A stretch of 58,252 bases of DNA, the filler included, from Dirinaria sp. TL-2023a (Eukaryota), in the NCBI GenBank assembly GCA_051941275.1. It is 8 parts of 8 records of this genome, joined end to end, with 100 filler letters (N's around TTAATTAATTAA, not from the genome) between each part and the next. Parts side by side here need not be neighbours in the genome. Positions count along the whole stretch, not along the records: positions 51,066 to 58,252 come from JAVEBF010001354.1; 7 more parts are not named here. One strand, written 5' to 3'. Shown piece after piece: positions 51,853-58,252 of the stretch; the stretch's first letter is position 1; each line of letters opens with the position of its first letter. A program made the position numbers and the translations under genes. Below the pieces are notes generated by a model that worked only from the letters and a program-made list of their open reading frames with translations, did not search any database and was not told where the DNA came from.

Positions 51853-54280
51853 TCAGAAAGCTTTCGTATAATTCGTATCCGTGAGATTCGTCGGTCCACT
51901 GATCAGATACGGTTTATATTTGGGCAGGTTATCCAGGACCTGGTCCGGGAGATGGAGGGTATCTTTGACGATTTGTCTGTTTGATTGGGGTCTGGGTCAG
52001 TGATTTTTCTTTGGGTTGGAGGAAGATGATGATGATGGAGTTAAATTTTTTTGGTTGGTGAAAAGGGAAGGGGACCTTGTGGGAAAGGGGGGAAGGGGGT
52101 TGGAGTTTGGAACGTATAGTGCGTATATGAGATAAGAGTGTGGGAAGAAGGGGGAAACGCAATTTAATGCATGCAGATGTGACTAGAATGAATAAACCAG
52201 GCAAACAGAAAGATACAGGAAGACTGCGCGACCCACCTCGGCGTCAAACCCAGCCACTGCGCGACACTGATGTCCGTAAAGCGCGGCGCTTTCAGCATCT
52301 CCAATAAGATGACCTCCTCACTGCCCGTGTTTTCGATGTAATGCGAAAAGGTCATGGGAATATATCCGACGTCCCCCGCGCCGTAATCGAACGTCTGGCT
52401 CGACGACGGCGCCTGGTAGATGGTGATCCGCGCAGTGCCGGCGATGAAAAAGTTCCACTCGTCGCTCTGCGGGTGCCAGTGCAGTTCGCGCATCGCGCCA
52501 GGAGCAAGAGTGACGAGCGCGGCTGAAATATCGCCTGCGGTGGGGAAGGTGGACGAGTCGATAATGCGGACGCTGCCAGCGCCAGGGATCGTGAGAGACT
52601 CTTGCTGCGAGAAGTGGTAGGTGTATTGAGTGTCGGGCTGGTTGGTAGGACCCGCGGGGCCGGTGTTGTTTTGCTCGGAGATGTTCAATGGGGGAGGCGT
52701 GCCTGGGAAGATGTACCTGCGTCGGAATTGTGGGGTCTGAGGGCTTTTTATAGACTGTGGGGAGGACGGCGGACTTACAGTTGGTCTTGAGGTATGTCGT
52801 CGAGCATTGATATGTCTGCCTGTAGATCCTTGGCCATGACGGCGCGAGGGTTGCGGAGGAACATCTCTGTAGCCAAGGAGGTGTCGTCTTCGGAAAAGAA
52901 CCCCTTTTGGACTTGTCAGCGCGTGCGTACTGCACTGCGCACGCTTGTGAGAAGGCTCCAGAGATGGATCGAAGAATGCTCCGAGTATATCTCCAAGCAA
53001 GGAAAAAATAGACTGAAGAAGCAAAGCAAGCAAAGAAGCCAGAGAAAGTGGAAGGGTTAACCCACATCATCGAATACTAGCAGAAACTCCGCGCCCTCCT
53101 CAAACGCCTGGATACTATGTGGAACTCCCGGCGGAAAGTACCAAATATCCTCTAAGCATTGTCAGCCAAAAGACATACCTTTGAACTTGGAAGAAGAGAA
53201 GACTCTGTACCAGCATTCAGATCATCCACAAAGCTTTGTCCTGCCTCGTTCACCAGCGCAACTCTCACACTCCCTTTGAAAATGTAACCCCATTCGCCCG
53301 CCTGATGCCAATGCAGCTCTCTGTACGCATTGGGGCTGAGCCGCATGTCTACCCCTGCCATCTGGCTTGCGGCGGGCAAATTATTGGCGTTCTGTTGTCG
53401 TGCCCAGCCGGAGCCATTGAGGCCGAGACGATTGTGCTGAGAAGCATTAGATTGCAGATAACTTGAAGAGGGGAAGCTGGCAGTGGAGACTCATGGACTG
53501 AATCTCAGACCTGAATCGAGTGATGAGAAATTGTATCAGAGACTTACAGAAAGACCCATGGGCCATTGAGCTTGATCGACGCCGCCAGTATCCGTGGCGG
53601 GAGAAGCGAAGAGGTCGCTGTTGGGACGGTCGTAACGGGAAGTGTCTACAACATTTCCAGGAAGAGTTCGCAGAGGGTTCAGAGGAGGGGGAGAACGAAA
53701 AAGAGCGACTCACCAGGCCCAGGATCAGTGCTTCCGCTCCTACCGGTCGTTCCCCTAATAGGCTGTGGTTTCTCTATTAAATTGAAATCCAGCTATCCAT
53801 ATTCTCGCCATTAGCATCTCTCCTCGATTTGCTCTCATGACATTCCTTTTCAGAAAGGCGATCAAGGTCAAAATGAGAGGCGACTTTAAGGGTCTGCCAA
53901 AATCTCATTCGGAATAGAACCCGGATACAAAAGATTAGATAGGAGAAAAGTACCTCGAGGCCTTTCTTAGGATCTTCCAGCTGGCCAGGCACGAGTTGAT
54001 AGTCTTCTACTACTGCTGATCCACTGACTGGATTGCCGTCGTAACCTAGTAAGGCTTCGCTGCCGTAGAGGCCTCCAGAGGCACCGGGAGGTGGGACAGC
54101 GGTTGCGGATGGGAGATCGAGTACGACAGCGTCGGATGGACCTTGAGGATATACATTCTGAGGCGCGCGTTTCTCGTTCACAGCAAGCCTTTCATCAGCG
54201 ACTGGAAGAGCGCAAGTGAAGTGAGCCAGTAACAGAGAGGATGAAAGAATTGGCAAGAAAGAGAGCATTGGCAGGGACAT
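51853..54280 (-). CDS. oxdC: Secreted bicupin oxalate decarboxylase (8 exons)
   Basis: Signal peptide; two Mn-binding cupin motifs, [11 protein letters not shown]...PHSIQ and [12 protein letters not shown]...SHYIENTG; lid FSEDDT. The last exon [11 protein letters not shown]...YTKAF-stop ends at 51853. Confidence 0.92.
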
Positions 54281-54421
54281 GGCGAAGGCAAAGCCAATTC
54301 AAGAGCAGAGAAACAAGGCTGTCTAGAACCTGATTTCTCTGAGAGACTGAAACTGGTGTTGAAGATCCAAGCGATGATGGACGAGACATGGCATGTCTTT
54401 ATAGCTTTTCCGCTTCGCCCG

Positions 54422-55139
54422 CTTGGCCGACCGCGTGTGTATCTGAACGCAATATCTGATCTTGCAGACTGCACTCTCTTCATCTGCGCTGCATCGCTGG
54501 GACTGTGATTCGTCTCCATGACTGCGGAGTGATCGGGAAGAGATGATTACAACATAAGGCACTGGTACCTTATGCCGGGGATGTATGATTATGTAAGGTA
54601 TGTACACTGTATACTGTACCTACCTTACTGTACAGTCTCCAGGATCATTTTATTGCCGCTCCTTCCACGATTGAATCGGTCTTTCGGCCCGTCGATGTTT
54701 TCGCCAAGGCAAAGCGACTTCACCCTCTTTTCGGCATTTCATCCTCCCGTCAGTGCTCAATTGTCACATCCCGTGGACCCCCCGATTGGACTTCGAAGTC
54801 TCGTCATGTCTTGGGACTCTCTGATATCGCCCCAATCAGCAACAATTCTGCCAGGTCTCACCAGTAGCCAAGCAAATATGCATGCTAGCCTTCACTCAAC
54901 CAAAGCAGACACTGGTTATAGGACATGATTGATATCCTAGCCGTCAAATTTCGCTGATTCTTCTGTCGTGCGCGTAGCTTCAACAGCACGCCAAGCACGT
55001 GTTGTTGATGCTGAACTCGACGAAACAAGAAGACCGCAAGCCAAAGACACATAAGCTGGTGCATCTCGGCCTGACGCTGTGAGCTCATGGAGGCTCATGG
55101 AGCAGATTCGGTGAATACCTAATGGATCACACCGCCAAG
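54422..55139. promoter_or_regulatory. Six PacC-consensus sites upstream of oxalate decarboxylase
   Basis: CTTGGC at 54422; GCCAAG at 54703, 54867, 54990 and 55134; GCCAGG at 54850. Confidence 0.5.
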
Positions 55140-56007
55140 GTTGCGCAGAACGCGTGATCGACCTGATTGATCTTTATTGCTGACTGAGAATACCCGTAAG
55201 CATCCGGTCAACAAGTATAGCGGCCAATTGGTCATCATGGCATTTCTCACGCTCGCCTGCGCCGGCTGATGTGGTCTGGAATAAAGGCATGATTGGAGAA
55301 GGCCGCGACTGTGTCCGAGCGGTGAGGCCTTTGAAGCCCAATATCGTCATATCGCTGTACGTTTGCTCGGCAATTGCTTATATTGACGGCTGCGACGTCG
55401 CAGGCGAGATGGAATTGCATCCTTCGATGTACGAACAAAATTGTCATTTGAAAGCGCGTCTGTTCAAAGTTCTGAGACTTCTTTATCACTGCCTCCAGCA
55501 CGGCATAGCGTGTAGTAAACTTCCAAGCTACTGGCGAGTAGAGATACTTAACCCGTCAGTGGGCTCCAAGAAAGCAAAATGATCGACTGGGAGCTGGCTT
55601 GTATCAGGTTCCCAAGAAGACTACGTTGTCGAACGTCCCTGAGTAGTACCGATATTTACTGCTGAGGAACTTGTGCGTTTTCTATCAATGACTCGTAAGT
55701 GAAGCCTTGCAATCCTGTCCAAACTGAACACTGATACTGATTCCTGACTCTGTCGCTGCATTGTTCCGAGTCGCGCAGTGACCATCCCCATGAGCATGCA
55801 AAGGGCAGAGAACTCCAAGCTCTTGAAACGTGATGAACGCGTTAGAGAAAAGCGCGTTTGAGGTCCGAGATCGGCTTCCAAATAGGGTTAGCTACGATAT
55901 TGGTTGAGGTACGCCTCGGTACCTTACCTTAGGAGCTTAGATCTCTATCGACAATTTTATACTTTATAAGCGCTCCCGCTTCACGACGTCAACACCGTTA
56001 TGGAGGC

Positions 56008-57849
56008 ATGCAGTCAAAATTGGTCAGACTTATAAGACATCTTCCCTCATTGCCAGTCCAGACAGCAGTGCGATCCAGAGCATTGTCTTTGACGGCCAGT
56101 ATGCAGGACAAGTTCAAGCCCGCAGCGCGTGTTGCCGGCCAGAATCAAGATGTGTGGTATGGGTCTCCCTCCCTTGCCACAATCTGCATACTCAGGCGTT
56201 TCTTTACAGGACAATGATTCGAGAGGCATCTGCCGCGTCACCCTTCAAGCGGAAGGATGCCAGCGGCAATGAAGTGTCCGATGTGGTGAACATGGGCCAG
56301 GGGTTTTAGTGAGTACGCTCCTCCATTTCATTGCTCCATGCCACCGATTGAAATATGCTGATCATGGGAACGCAGCGGCTACAACCCACCTGACTTTGTA
56401 CTGAACGCAGCGAAGGAAGCTCTAAATCATGTTGATTGCAACCAGTACTCGCATACCAGGGTTCGCTTCTGCACTACTCATGAAAGCCATTGCTCGGGAG
56501 CTGACGATGGGACAGGGGAGAATACGCCTTCGAGAGGCAATTGCTAAGGCTTACTCTCCTCTAATGGGGCAGAAGATTGATCCTAATACCGAAGTGGTTG
56601 TCACCACAGGGGCCAATGAGGGTGTACTGTGTGCATTCATGGGGTTTATTGAAGAGGGGGACGAAGTCATACTGTTTGAGCCATACTTTGACCAGCGAGT
56701 GACATCCAATAACCTTTGGAAAGGAGAACAGGCTGATGAAATCCAGGTATATTTCGAACATTGAAATGGCCGGTGGGAAAGTCAGATACGTGCCATTGCA
56801 ACCACCTGCGCGAGGAGCTACAGAAACGTGCCCAGCTTCAGAGTGGACTGTAAATATAGATGAGTTGGAGGCAGCTATTAATAAGAAAACCAAGATGATT
56901 GTACGTTTGAAATAAATTTCTTCAATAATGGCGATATAGCTAACTCCTCTTCACAGGTTTTGAATTCACCGTAGGCTCCAAATGCTATAGCCAGAACTAA
57001 TCTAACGAGCTCCAGACACAACCCCGTGGGCAAAGTATTTTCCAAAGAAGAACTCATAGCCATCGGCGACCTGTGCGAAAAGCATAACATCATCATCATC
57101 TCTGACGAGGTCTACGACCGCCTTTACTACACCCCTTTCATTCGCATTGCCACCCTCTCCTCAGCTTTAGCCGCACGTACCCTTACAGTCGGTTCCGCAG
57201 GCAAGAACTTCTACTGCACCGGATGGCGCGTCGGCTGGCTGCTCGGTCCTGAATATCTCGTCAAATACGTCGCCGCAGCGCACACGCGAATATGCTTCTG
57301 TGGTGTAAGCCCGTTGCAAGAAGCTGCAGCGGTGGCATTCGAGAAAGCCGAGGAGGAGGATTTCTGGAACAGAAGCAGAGAAAGCATGCAAAGCAAAGTC
57401 AAGAGATTCGGCGCAGGGCTAACAGAGTTGGGGATACCCGTAAGCACCCAATTCTCCATTCCCACTTTGTGACCACAGCTACATCCATACCCACAACCCA
57501 ATCCAACCCAATGTTATCGATATTCTAAACACCAAGTTAATAATTTGTTCAAAAACAAAAGTACACCATCCCCTCCGGCGGCTACTTCATCCTCGCCAAC
57601 TTCCGCCGCTTGCGCCTCCCCGCCGACTACACCTTTCCCCCGCACGTGCTGTCTCGGCCGCGAGATTTCAAGGTGGCCTGGTTTCTCATCATGGAGATGG
57701 GCGTCGCGGCCATCCCGCCGACGGAGTTCTACACCAAAGCAAACGCCCACATGGCCGAGGATTATCTCCGATTCGCGGTTTGCCAGACGGATGAGATGCT
57801 CGAGAAGGCGAAGGACCGGCTGAGGGGCTTGCAGAAATATTTGGAGTAA
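56008..57849 (+). CDS. BNA3: Class I PLP aminotransferase, kynurenine/glutamine transaminase (Bna3-like; multi-exon)
   Basis: VNMGQGFYGYNPP, VTTGANEG, FEPYFDQY, LNSPHNPVGKVF, SDEVYDRL, SAGKNFYCTGWRVGW (PLP lysine), GGYFIL, LRFAVC. Confidence 0.9.
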
Positions 57850-58252
57850 GACCGACAAAAGGAGTGCGGATAGACGACATAGATATGATTTCGGTGTGCT
57901 ATTTTGGATTTGAGTTTCGAGATGTGCTGTACGGCACAGTGTGCGGTTACGAGTCCTTATTCGACTTGGTCTAGATATATAATGCGGCTGTTTCTTGGTC
58001 AAGGGAAATAAAAAGTATCAAGCATGATCAGAACGTATCGAACCTTTCCGCGGGCCTTCGACATTGCGCCACACTCTTTCTAATTGCACACGCTTTTCGG
58101 ACCTCTCCATCCCCAGCCTTTTTTCCCTTTATTCAACCCCAAGCAAATGACAGATTCAGAACCCCACCAATCGCCTCCATTTCGTACACAGCCGCAGCCG
58201 GGCCCCTCTCTATGCAGCCCCACCTATACCATCACAGTATCTACCCCGCCCC

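Overview
Eukaryotic DNA from a filamentous ascomycete (Pezizomycotina; the narrower lineage cannot be fixed from this window), with short GT-AG introns and CTRAY branch points. The window is not one locus. It is eight unrelated contigs of descending length (7203, 7199, 7197, 7194, 7192, 7191, 7189, 7187 bp) joined by artificial 100-bp N44-TTAATTAATTAA-N44 spacers, so gene neighbourhoods only mean something within a contig. Housekeeping genes: SDR, a thioredoxin-like gene, Pho80/PREG cyclin, ARMC8/Gid5, DBP9, a RING-ZZ-SH3 protein, an O-methyltransferase, FBA1, DPH5, acyl-CoA oxidase, arginase, PET112/GatB, iPGM, MET17, oxalate decarboxylase and a BNA3-like aminotransferase. Best leads: (1) an intact spliced gene encoding only the double-HTH DNA-binding part of an IS630/Tc1 transposase, with no DDE domain; (2) an ~822-aa protein with a nucleotidyltransferase-like core and altered catalytic motifs; (3) a secreted protein with Kex2-type RR-Q repeats; (4) PacC-site clusters upstream of oxalate decarboxylase and an NTF2-like gene; (5) an intergenic CCTTAAGG/AGGTA motif family; (6) a 5'UTR intron in arginase; (7) two GC-AG introns. 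No multi-gene novel system, RNA gene or CRISPR array can be supported. All family calls are motif recognition by eye, not database searches.
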